Assembly (NCBI GenBank): GCA_963758495.1
Contig: CAVWVI010000004.1
Location: forward strand, 896,001 to 960,000
From: Oligoflexia bacterium
GTDB taxonomy: Bacteria; Bdellovibrionota; UBA1018
DNA length: 64,000 nucleotides
Direction of reading: 5' to 3'
Positions within the stretch are counted from its first letter, which is position 1; the number at the start of each line of letters is the position of its first letter. Positions 8,113-17,260 of this stretch are shown here, in pieces. A program made the position numbers and the translations under genes. Below the pieces are notes generated by a model. It was not told where the DNA came from and did not search any database. It saw only the letters and a list, made by a program, of their open reading frames with translations.

Positions 8113-9960
8113 CTAGTATCCGAGATATCTTTTTTTAATCTCTTTACTGACTCGATAGTATTTATATTTATTTAAAATAAGATCACTGCTCCGGTAATTC
8201 ATGAACCAAGGCTGTGACAAATCGTAAGAAGCCTCGTAGTAACCAAGCGCCCACGGACATTCCTCTTGTAGAATTTCTTCCATTTTTTGAATGAGCCGAG
8301 CTTTCTTTGGACCTGGATCTAAAACGGCCATTTGCTCGTAGAGTTTATTAAATTCTGCATGATCAAAATTTGCATCGCCAGGACCCGGTGACTGATTGGA
8401 GCCATAGAGAAGTTGATATATATTTTCTGCATCCGGGTAATCCATCGACCAGCCACCAAAAGAGACTTGAAGATTTCCCTGTTTTTGTTTTTCTAAATAA
8501 GCGGGAAAAGTATTGGGTATCACATCAGTCTTTACGCCGATTTGGGACCACTGCTGAACAATAAAATCTCCCAACTGACGATCTGTAGTAGAAGCCCCTC
8601 TCAGATCAAATTGAATGGGAGGGAGTCCCTGACCGTCTGGATATCCAGCTTTTTTCAAATATTCCTTCGCGAGTGTTAAATTAAAATCATATTTGATTTT
8701 ATTGACTTGAGGACGATCCGCAATTCCAGGAGGAATGGCGTTGACCATTTTTCGCCCCGTGCCATTGGTAAATATTGAAATCCACTTATCCCGATCAATC
8801 GAAGAAGAAAGTGCTTGTCTTAGATATTTATTAGACCCAATCAGCTTGTCCTTCATATTGAAGGAAATGTACCGAATTACCGCACCCGTTTCTATATTAA
8901 GATGAACACCCTTTTTGACTAACTCTGGAGAAAGATTAACTTGATCGGTAATCGCTTGTTTAAAGTTATCTTTTGGAAGAACAATGACGTCTGTATTACC
9001 CTTCATGAAGTTGAGCCAACGGGGCTGGTCTTCCTTGATCACTTCAATGACAACTTTATCTACAAAAGGAAGCGGCTTACCTGCATCCGCTAATAGAGTA
9101 TTTTCTTGATAAGCAGGAGAGGCCACAGCAGGATAAAGCTCCGTTCTGAAATCCGGATTTCTTTCTAGAGTAATCTCATGATTCCGTTTCCATTTTACTA
9201 AACGAAAAGGACCTGTGCCCACCGGATGACTCAGTAAATTACCTTGGTCGTCTGCATACATTGCTACCGCTTCTCTTGGAACAGGAGAGGTGAAGTTCAT
9301 GGTGAGAATATACACAAGATCTGGATAAGGTTTTGTCAATTTAAGTTGAATCGTATAATCATCCAGTGCTTTTAAGCCTTCAACTTCTTCGTCGAATACT
9401 TTATTAAATTCTTCACTCAATCCTTTAGATGACTCTTTATTAGAGGATACTTTGATTAATTTGTCACGAAAGGCATTGATTCCAACTAATTTTCCATCAA
9501 AGATCCACCAACCCTGCGACTGAAGGGTCGGCAAAGCTAAACGCTTCATTCCATAAATAAAATCCTGAGCCTTCAGCTCACGACCTTTACCCTGTGACGC
9601 TTTAAAGCAAGGATCATTTTGAAACCTCACTCCATGTTTAATAGGAATAGTAACAGTCAGTCTATCTGCAGAATATTTGGGCATAGCAGCCGCAAGCAGA
9701 GGTTCTGATTTATAGGTTTCGGAAAGGTAGGTGTACTGGTAAAGCGTCTCGTAAATACTCGGAACCAAATTCAAACTGACACTGTCGTAAGCATTAGCGG
9801 GGTCCCAAGTCTTGACGTCATCTTTTTCAAATCCCCGAAATACGGCAAACTTGCTATCGTCCTGTCTCTTGGTGCAGCCCAAACCGGATGTCAAAACAAG
9901 AACCAGAACTAAAACGGAAAAGAATACACTGGCTTTTAAATTCCGGGCAAGATCGATCAT
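8113..9960 (-). CDS. Peptide/nickel ABC transporter substrate-binding lipoprotein (family 5), orphan copy
   Basis: Lipobox GLGC, WDPA, IYETLYQY, PVGTGPF, WSMDYPDAEN; paralog of 57862..59629. Confidence 0.9.
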   Translation of the reverse strand: MIDLARNLKASVFFSVLVLVLVLTSGLGCTKRQDDSKFAVFRGFEKDDVKTWDPANAYDSVSLNLVPSIYETLYQYTYLSETYKSEPLLAAAMPKYSADRLTVTIPIKHGVRFQNDPCFKASQGKGRELKAQDFIYGMKRLALPTLQSQGWWIFDGKLVGINAFRDKLIKVSSNKESSKGLSEEFNKVFDEEVEGLKALDDYTIQLKLTKPYPDLVYILTMNFTSPVPREAVAMYADDQGNLLSHPVGTGPFRLVKWKRNHEITLERNPDFRTELYPAVASPAYQENTLLADAGKPLPFVDKVVIEVIKEDQPRWLNFMKGNTDVIVLPKDNFKQAITDQVNLSPELVKKGVHLNIETGAVIRYISFNMKDKLIGSNKYLRQALSSSIDRDKWISIFTNGTGRKMVNAIPPGIADRPQVNKIKYDFNLTLAKEYLKKAGYPDGQGLPPIQFDLRGASTTDRQLGDFIVQQWSQIGVKTDVIPNTFPAYLEKQKQGNLQVSFGGWSMDYPDAENIYQLLYGSNQSPGPGDANFDHAEFNKLYEQMAVLDPGPKKARLIQKMEEILQEECPWALGYYEASYDLSQPWFMNYRSSDLILNKYKYYRVSKEIKKRYLGY

Positions 9961-9983
9961 TGACTGAGCCCTCCCATAAAGTC

Positions 9984-12734
9984 CTAAACTCTTAATTTTT
10001 TATCAATCCATTCTTTAGCATGTTCTAAAGCGGCATCTAACCCTGCAGGCTTACTTCCTCCCGCTTGAGCAAGATCGGACTTGCCCCCTCCACGTCCGTC
10101 GATAAAAGAAGCAATATTTTGAATCACTTCTTGTGCATTCACGATTGAAGTCGCTTTCGGTCCCACTGCAACTAAGAGACTTGCTCTGGCGCCTTCAGGA
10201 TCTTTCATTCCAAGAATGATAATAGCTTCAGGTGCCTTTTGCTTGATCATATCAGAAAGGTCTCTTAATCGCTTAATTCCCTGGGCATCTGGAGTACAAG
10301 GTGCAATTACGATTCTCATTCCAGCTAAAGTCTGAGCTTTCGCAAGTAACTCATCGACCTCTCCCCCGGCGCTCTTCGACTCTAATTGCTCAATTTTCTT
10401 CCGCAACTCCTTCTCCGTCGAAGTCATTTTTTCTATTTTTCCAAGAATCTCATCGCTTGAAGAGGCTCTTAAACGATCTCTGATTTGCTTCACTTCAGAA
10501 TCTTTTGCACGAAGATAATCAAATGCCCCCTTTGAAGTATAAGCAATCACTCTCCGAATCCCTGATGCAATCCCACTCTCATTAGCAATTTTAAAAAGAT
10601 GAATTTCGGATGAATTGTCAACGTGAGTTCCTCCACACAGTTCCGTTGAAAAATTACCCACCTGAATAACCCGAACTCGATCTCCGTATTTTTCTCCAAA
10701 AAATGCGATAGCTCCCGCAGCAATCGCGTCATCTTTTTTCATCTCTTGCTTTAAGACCGGCTTGGCCTGCCAAATTTTTTCATTAATGAGATTTTCAACT
10801 TTAACAATCTCTATTTCCGTCATGGCTTGAAAATGAGTGAAATCAAATCGAAGTAAATCAGGCGCTACCAAAGAGCCTGCTTGTTTCACATGGGGTCCCA
10901 AAACTTCTCGTAATGCCCATTGAAGCATATGTGTAGCTGTATGGTTCCGCGCCGTGAGCGCTCTCATTTCTTCATCAGTTTCTTGTCGATAGGAACTGCC
11001 TACTTGAAGCACTCCCTTTTTAGGTCGGATATGTGCAACGATCAGATCAGGCACAGGTTTTTGAACGTCAATGACCTCACCTTCAAAGCCCTGCCCTCCT
11101 ATGACACGACCTCGATCTCCTACTTGACCTCCACTTTCGCCATAAAAAGGAGTCTCTGCAAAAACCGCTTCAATGATCGGTGCTTTTTCAGGACTATCTA
11201 CAGTCTGTGCAAGAGAAGAAGCTCCATACGAATCCACCATTTTAAAGCCTTTTTCTAGCGGAGCAAGAATAGCTAAACATTCTGATTGGCTCTCATGAGT
11301 CTGATAACCTACAAAAACAGGAAGCCGGTTTTTTGATTTGAGATCTTGAGCCAGCTTCATATAAATTGCATCGACTGCCTCTTCACCAGACCCCTTCCAA
11401 TGCTTTCTGGATTCTGTGCGTTGCCGATCCATAGACTTTTCAAAACCGATCTCATCCACGCTGAGCTTTTTCTCGGCACAAATTACCTTTGTAAGATCGA
11501 GCGGAAATCCATAAGTATCATAGAGCTTAAAAGCAACTTCTCCAGGCAGTACTTTCACTGGTCCGAGCTGATTCATTTCTTCATCGAGTAAAATAAGCCC
11601 TCTTTCTAAAGTCTTTAGAAATTGCTCTTCTTCAGCGAGGACTGCACGTTCTATAAACGAACATCGCTCCACCAAATCAGGATAAGCATCCTTCATTTGA
11701 TCCACTACAAAGCCAGTTGTTTTGTGTAAAAATGGCCCTGTAAAACCTAATTTCTTACCATGGCGAATCGCCCGACGTATAATTCGACGAAGGACATATC
11801 CTCGTCCTTCATTAGAAGGAAGAACCCCATCTCCCACTAAGAACGCCGTAGCTCTGGAGTGATCAGCAATCACTCGAAAGGAAACGGCCATGTCTGAATT
11901 TTTATCGTAGGGCTTGCCTAGAAGCTTTGCTGTCCTAGAAATAATGTCTTGAAAAACATCGGTATCGTAATTGGTATCTACCTTTTGTAAAATGGAAGCA
12001 ATTCTCTCAAGTCCTGCACCTGTATCCACCGAGGGCTTAGGAAGCGGTGTCAACTTTCCATCTGCAGCACGATCAAACTGCATAAAAACAAGGTTCCAGA
12101 ATTCCATGTACCTGTCGCAATCACAACCCATCCCACAAGTAGGCTTGCCGCAACTATACTTTTCCCCTCGATCAATAAAAATTTCACTACAAGGACCACA
12201 AGGTCCCGTATCTCCCATCGACCAAAAATTATCCTTTTCTCCAAAGCGATAAATTCGGTCTAAAGCAACCCCTTCCTGTTTATGCCAAATTTCAGCTGCT
12301 TCATCATCTTTTTCAAAGACAGTGACATAAAGAAGATCCTTGGGAAGTTTGAGGACATCCGTCACAAACTCCCAAGCAAAATGGATGGCTTCTTTTTTAA
12401 AATAATCTCCAAAAGAGAAATTCCCGAGCATCTCAAAGAAGGTATGATGCCTCGCTGTAAAACCCACATTTTCTAAGTCATTATGCTTCCCACCAGCCCG
12501 GACACATTTTTGAGAAGTCGTGGCGCGACTGTAGTTACGTTGATCTTTTCCGAGAAATACATCCTTAAATTGAACCATTCCCGCATTCGTAAACAGAAGC
12601 GTAGGATCATTCTGAGGAACTAGAGAGGAACTATCAACTATAGAGTGGCCATTTTTTTCAAAATACTTAAGAAAAGTCGATCTAATTTCTGCGGCTTTCA
12701 TGTGCTTATTCATAACTCGACCAGCAACGGTCAC
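9984..12734 (-). CDS. alaS: Alanine--tRNA ligase
   Basis: DPTLLFTNAGMVQFK, HHTFFEMLGNFSFGDYFK, NHTATH and ELCGGTH editing motifs, GGRGGG/AQAGG C-terminus; real start possibly a few codons downstream. Confidence 0.99.
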   Translation of the reverse strand: MTVAGRVMNKHMKAAEIRSTFLKYFEKNGHSIVDSSSLVPQNDPTLLFTNAGMVQFKDVFLGKDQRNYSRATTSQKCVRAGGKHNDLENVGFTARHHTFFEMLGNFSFGDYFKKEAIHFAWEFVTDVLKLPKDLLYVTVFEKDDEAAEIWHKQEGVALDRIYRFGEKDNFWSMGDTGPCGPCSEIFIDRGEKYSCGKPTCGMGCDCDRYMEFWNLVFMQFDRAADGKLTPLPKPSVDTGAGLERIASILQKVDTNYDTDVFQDIISRTAKLLGKPYDKNSDMAVSFRVIADHSRATAFLVGDGVLPSNEGRGYVLRRIIRRAIRHGKKLGFTGPFLHKTTGFVVDQMKDAYPDLVERCSFIERAVLAEEEQFLKTLERGLILLDEEMNQLGPVKVLPGEVAFKLYDTYGFPLDLTKVICAEKKLSVDEIGFEKSMDRQRTESRKHWKGSGEEAVDAIYMKLAQDLKSKNRLPVFVGYQTHESQSECLAILAPLEKGFKMVDSYGASSLAQTVDSPEKAPIIEAVFAETPFYGESGGQVGDRGRVIGGQGFEGEVIDVQKPVPDLIVAHIRPKKGVLQVGSSYRQETDEEMRALTARNHTATHMLQWALREVLGPHVKQAGSLVAPDLLRFDFTHFQAMTEIEIVKVENLINEKIWQAKPVLKQEMKKDDAIAAGAIAFFGEKYGDRVRVIQVGNFSTELCGGTHVDNSSEIHLFKIANESGIASGIRRVIAYTSKGAFDYLRAKDSEVKQIRDRLRASSSDEILGKIEKMTSTEKELRKKIEQLESKSAGGEVDELLAKAQTLAGMRIVIAPCTPDAQGIKRLRDLSDMIKQKAPEAIIILGMKDPEGARASLLVAVGPKATSIVNAQEVIQNIASFIDGRGGGKSDLAQAGGSKPAGLDAALEHAKEWIDKKLRV

Positions 12735-12773
12735 GCAATATCCGTTTTAAAATAATAAATTGAGTTTAAATGT

Positions 12774-12838
12774 AAGCACTGTAAGGAGTCCTGTTGCGCC
12801 GGGGATCCAATTCTTTACGGCACAATAGGACTCCTTGC
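12774..12838. repeat. Palindromic REP/MITE-like element, copy 1 (right arm truncated)
   Basis: Reverse complement of 41656..41720 with 5 substitutions over 65 nt; forms a long hairpin downstream of recA. Confidence 0.85.
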
Positions 12839-12857
12839 TAACCTAGAAAATAACTCA

Positions 12858-14066
12858 TTACGATTTCTTACTGGAGGCTGAAACTGCCGAACTACTCGAA
12901 CTTTTCGCAGGAGCAGATTGAGAAGCAGCATGAGCCACAGAAGCTGACGCACTCTTCGTACTAGAAGAAGCACTTGCTAATGGCGTCATCGTTGTGGAGC
13001 CTTCCTTATTAGAGGAATGATCTGGGTTTTTTGCAATTCCAGACTGCTTAAGCACTGCTTCACGAATCGTTTGGATATGCTCAGGATGCTCTTTTAAATA
13101 ATTCTTTGCATTCTCACGACCCTGACCAATTCTTTCATCCTTATAAGTGTACCAAGTTCCACTCTTTTCAATAATATTCATGCCCGCAGCTAAATCGAGT
13201 AAATCACCTTCCTTCGAAATACCTTCACCATAAATAATATCGAACTCAACCTCTTTAAAGGGAGGAGCCATCTTATTTTTGACAATTTTTACCCGAGTCC
13301 GATTTCCGATAATGTTCTCACCGTCTTTAATGGCAGCAATACGACGAATATCAAGACGTACTGAAGAGTAAAATTTCAGCGCGTTTCCACCCGTAGTTGT
13401 TTCTGGATTTCCAAACATCACTCCAATTTTCATTCGAATCTGATTAATGAAAATAACGAGAGTTTTGCTTCGATTGATTGTTCCAGTCAGCTTTCTCAGC
13501 GCTTGGCTCATCAAACGAGCTTGAAGTCCCATATGGGAATCTCCCATTTCGCCTTCGATTTCAGCTCGTGGTACTAATGCAGCTACTGAGTCAATGACTA
13601 AAAGATCGATGCCTCCAGACCTTACGAGCATATCAGCGATTTCTAGTGCTTGCTCACCCGTATCTGGCTGAGAAATGAGTAAATCATCCGTACGCACTCC
13701 CACTTTTCTCGCATAAGCGATATCTAAAGCATGTTCTGCGTCAATAAATGCAGCGACTCCACCTTGCTTTTGCACCTCCGCAATTGCATGTAAAGTCAGG
13801 GTTGTCTTACCAGACGCTTCTGGTCCGTAAATTTCCATAATCCGACCGCGAGGATATCCCCCAATACCGAGTGCGATATCTAAACTCATAGAGCCAGTCG
13901 GGACTGCCAGAACGTCTTGGGATACTAAAGTCTCATGAGTACCCAATCGCATAATTGAGCCTTTGCCGAATTGCTTCTCAATTGCTTGAACTGCCAAATC
14001 AATGGCCTTATTTTTTTGCCCATGAGCCGCAGACTCAAGTCCATTTCGCTTTTCTGTGGTTTCCAT
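12858..14066 (-). CDS. recA: Recombinase RecA with Ser/Ala-rich C-terminal extension
   Basis: [60 protein letters not shown]. Confidence 0.99.
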   Translation of the reverse strand: METTEKRNGLESAAHGQKNKAIDLAVQAIEKQFGKGSIMRLGTHETLVSQDVLAVPTGSMSLDIALGIGGYPRGRIMEIYGPEASGKTTLTLHAIAEVQKQGGVAAFIDAEHALDIAYARKVGVRTDDLLISQPDTGEQALEIADMLVRSGGIDLLVIDSVAALVPRAEIEGEMGDSHMGLQARLMSQALRKLTGTINRSKTLVIFINQIRMKIGVMFGNPETTTGGNALKFYSSVRLDIRRIAAIKDGENIIGNRTRVKIVKNKMAPPFKEVEFDIIYGEGISKEGDLLDLAAGMNIIEKSGTWYTYKDERIGQGRENAKNYLKEHPEHIQTIREAVLKQSGIAKNPDHSSNKEGSTTMTPLASASSSTKSASASVAHAASQSAPAKSSSSSAVSASSKKS

Positions 14067-14205
14067 TTACTTCTCCTTACATAAGCACTCAGGCTACAGG
14101 GCCTTAGGCTAAAACTAAAACGGTTGGTTTTGCTATTTTGCTATGAGTGAGCAATGACCGTACCATAAACGTGATTTACAAACTAGGTCACAAAACATTC
14201 AAAAT

Positions 14206-14745
14206 CTACAAAACATTCATCCACTGAAGAATAAGAATCACGGCCAAGCCTTGAAAGCCCGCAACAATATCATCGGCAATCACACCAAAGCCCCCCCACC
14301 AAGGAGACGACTGTTTTTTAGACCAACCATCTATTTGTCGGACCGGAGGAGGTTTCAAGACATCGAAAAACCGAAATAATAGAAAAGCAGCAATCCAAGT
14401 CTTGAGATCATTCCCTGCAGTCCAGGACGTAATCCCTAGGCCGACCACCTCATCAATCACAATATTTTGATTGTCACCCGTCTCCATGGTTTCATCAAAG
14501 ACTTTGGCAGCCCAAGTTCCTATGAGAGTCAACCCCAACCAGAGAGCAACACGAGAAAACCACGACCAGTCGCGCGAATAGTAAGCTAAAGGCATTGCAA
14601 CAAGAGTACCCATAGTGCCTGGCGCTACAGGGAAAAGCCCAGCGCCCATAGCCGTTGCAATAGAAAGTGCCGAAAGGACTTTTATGCCCCGCACCTTCCT
14701 CCAGATTATTTTACGACGAGGAGAGGAATAGAAGTTAATATTCAA
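14206..14745 (-). CDS. pgpA: Phosphatidylglycerophosphatase A
   Basis: GAGLFPVAPGTMGT, DxxxIVIDEVVG, FLLFRFFDVLKPPP, GFGVIADDIVAG; start uncertain. Confidence 0.93.
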   Translation of the reverse strand: MNINFYSSPRRKIIWRKVRGIKVLSALSIATAMGAGLFPVAPGTMGTLVAMPLAYYSRDWSWFSRVALWLGLTLIGTWAAKVFDETMETGDNQNIVIDEVVGLGITSWTAGNDLKTWIAAFLLFRFFDVLKPPPVRQIDGWSKKQSSPWWGGFGVIADDIVAGFQGLAVILILQWMNVL

Positions 14746-14844
14746 GCTTCACGTGAATAACATGATTTTGGAATGATTGGAATGAGATGTATTAAATTTC
14801 TGCATTGATGCTGAGAGGCTGCTTCGGATAAGCTCAGGTACACC

Positions 14845-16089
14845 ATGATACAGAATCTCGGACCTAGCATCCGAACTAAATATGAATTCAGTGCTGATGT
14901 CCTCGACATTATCATTAGTGGAAAATCAACGATTGACTCCCCCACTGCCTTTCAGATTCAAAACCTGGCTGAGGTTGATAACTTTATTCAAAGTTATGGT
15001 TATGACCTGAATAACCCAATTGAAAATGCTGAAGTCGTTGGCAATTTTCATGAGGCACTGAATTTCATTCGAAAAAATTTCTTACAGCCTGATAACCCAG
15101 ATGGATTAAAAATAGAAATCCCCAGAAAAATCTTGGAATTGACTGATACTCGAGAGCTTTTTCTTATGGTCAGCTTAAAATCTCCGGGTCAGACTTCCAA
15201 CAATCAAGGATTATTCTTAAGGAACTGGGCGTGCAGTATCCTCAAAGTCATGCACACCATTTCACATATTGATAAAGACTTACGCTCTATCTATTTTACG
15301 GATATCCAAAAGCAAATTTTTGATCGGTTTTACAAGTTGGTCCATCGTGACCCCGAAGGTCCCCTCTTTTTAGGAGAAAATTCAAACGATCCATTTCGAA
15401 TCAATTTAGTAGCGTTTGAAACCAAACCTAAAAAATCCAGAAATTCTATCATTCTTAAGCTTTTACATAAGCCAGAAAATGTTGCGGAAGATATTTTTGA
15501 TCGAGTAGGAATTCGCTTCACTACCCTAACCCCTCTCGATGCCCTTCGCGTTGTCAAATTTCTCAAAGATAAAATGGTGGTTATGTCCGCGAATATCAAA
15601 CCCAGTCGATCAAGGAATACTCTAGTAGAGATTTCTGACTTCCGGGCGCAACTCGAATCTTTACTCAACCAAGCAGATCAGCACAAAATGAACGAAAGTG
15701 AGTTCCTAGCTAAACTAGAAACGGCGGCTCGCGCTCCTTTCGTCAATCCTGAGAATCCTCATTCTAGTGAATTTTATCGCGCTATTCAGTTTACAGGGCG
15801 ACAATTGATAAAACTCCGCAATCCAATTTTTGATGAGTTAAAAGAGCTCAAAAATTTAGTTAAGACAAAACCTACTCATGAAGAGATACTTAAAACGGTG
15901 GACCGAATCGATTTAAAATATATCCAACGTGAGATCCGATTCTTTTACCCTTTTGAGGTTCAAGTTGTAGACAAGCAAAGCTCTGAAGAAAATGAAAGAG
16001 GACGAAGCGCACACAGTAAATATAAAAAAGCACAGGTACTCACTGCCATGAATCGTGTGATGGGGAGTCTCGCGGATGCAGTTCGATAG
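14845..16089 (+). CDS. TIGR04552-like protein with RelA/SpoT-type nucleotidyltransferase motifs
   Basis: KSRNSIILKLLHK, IFDRVGIRF, YRAIQF, FEVQV and SAHSKYK resemble the ordered (p)ppGpp synthetase motifs; family name is from recall and needs an HMM check. Confidence 0.7.
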   Translation: MIQNLGPSIRTKYEFSADVLDIIISGKSTIDSPTAFQIQNLAEVDNFIQSYGYDLNNPIENAEVVGNFHEALNFIRKNFLQPDNPDGLKIEIPRKILELTDTRELFLMVSLKSPGQTSNNQGLFLRNWACSILKVMHTISHIDKDLRSIYFTDIQKQIFDRFYKLVHRDPEGPLFLGENSNDPFRINLVAFETKPKKSRNSIILKLLHKPENVAEDIFDRVGIRFTTLTPLDALRVVKFLKDKMVVMSANIKPSRSRNTLVEISDFRAQLESLLNQADQHKMNESEFLAKLETAARAPFVNPENPHSSEFYRAIQFTGRQLIKLRNPIFDELKELKNLVKTKPTHEEILKTVDRIDLKYIQREIRFFYPFEVQVVDKQSSEENERGRSAHSKYKKAQVLTAMNRVMGSLADAVR

Positions 16090-17260
16090 CGACGTTGCAA
16101 TTCTAGGTACGGGTGTTGCCCCACTCGTTGCCGCGAACCACCTTCTACTTCAAGGTAAATCCGTTCTATTACTCAATCCTGATGGGGACTTCTTTTTAGA
16201 AGACTCTGAACTCTCTCTGGATCCTCTGTTGCAAGCAGTTCCTAAACCTGAGTCTATCTACCAAAACACACCTAAACAGGTGCTCACGACACTCCGGCCC
16301 GACTTCCCTGGAGCAATTGAATTCTGGGCGCCTCATTCAGAACTTGAAGGATATCATGACCCTACGGCTCCCCACGTTCGCCAGCGAGGGAGACTTTGGA
16401 TATCCTCTCTCGAAAAAGATCAATTTTGGAATTGGGAAAAGCTAGAAGATCTCTACGTCGGTGCATCTGATGCGGGGCTCAATCCTCAAATTCTGGAAGG
16501 GATAGCCGCCACTCGAAGATTTCCAGGACTGTCCTCGCATACTGGAAATTACAGAGGCCTTTATATTCCAAAACTTTATGATGTAGACATCGTTCGCTAT
16601 AGGAACGGTCTTCTTGAATTTGTCCGTGAACGCATTGATCCTGAAAGGGTCATCTGTGCGGTCAATCAAGTGGAGCGGATGCCTGAGGGAATTCGATTTT
16701 ACTCGAAAGGGACGCTTAATACAGCAAAACTCAAGGAAGGAATGCTTGTTTACTGGACCCCTCGTATGACTCCATGGGTGATCAACCAAGCGAAAAGAGC
16801 AGAAGTCCCCCCTCAGCTCCCTCAAGGGATACGACTCTGGGAGCAATGGTATCTTAATTCTCGAGAATCTTTAGATCCAAATACAGTGGGAATGTTTGGC
16901 GATATGGCAGTCTGGGCTGATTACGAAGGCCCCCCTCTCTCTCATACAAACCGCTTAACCGTTCTTCGCGCTGGCCCCCTGATGCCCATCCATGAAATCA
17001 ACCCGCCACAAGGGGATTTGAGCTGGGCATCTGCAGACTCATTCAATGCCCTTTCAATCCTTTGTCATGATTTCTTAAAATGGGATAAATTTTCAGTAAG
17101 ATCCTTACGTGCACGAGCTATGTTTGAATGGAAAAGTGAAGAGTCTTGGTTGCTTTCAAAAACAAATCCACTCATTCGAGTGATTCCCGCCTGTGATGGA
17201 CCTTTAGTTCATGTTGTTCGTGTAGCTCGATCCAGCTGTGATCGGTTAGGGGAGAATTAA
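16076..17260 (+). CDS. FAD-dependent oxidoreductase-like protein (divergent DAAO/sarcosine oxidase beta-like)
   Basis: N-terminal DVAILGTGVAPLVAA Rossmann-like strand with GxGxxP; ATRRFPGL...GLYIP...DIVRY pattern; overlaps the upstream stop by 14 nt. Confidence 0.55.
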   Translation: MQFDSDVAILGTGVAPLVAANHLLLQGKSVLLLNPDGDFFLEDSELSLDPLLQAVPKPESIYQNTPKQVLTTLRPDFPGAIEFWAPHSELEGYHDPTAPHVRQRGRLWISSLEKDQFWNWEKLEDLYVGASDAGLNPQILEGIAATRRFPGLSSHTGNYRGLYIPKLYDVDIVRYRNGLLEFVRERIDPERVICAVNQVERMPEGIRFYSKGTLNTAKLKEGMLVYWTPRMTPWVINQAKRAEVPPQLPQGIRLWEQWYLNSRESLDPNTVGMFGDMAVWADYEGPPLSHTNRLTVLRAGPLMPIHEINPPQGDLSWASADSFNALSILCHDFLKWDKFSVRSLRARAMFEWKSEESWLLSKTNPLIRVIPACDGPLVHVVRVARSSCDRLGEN

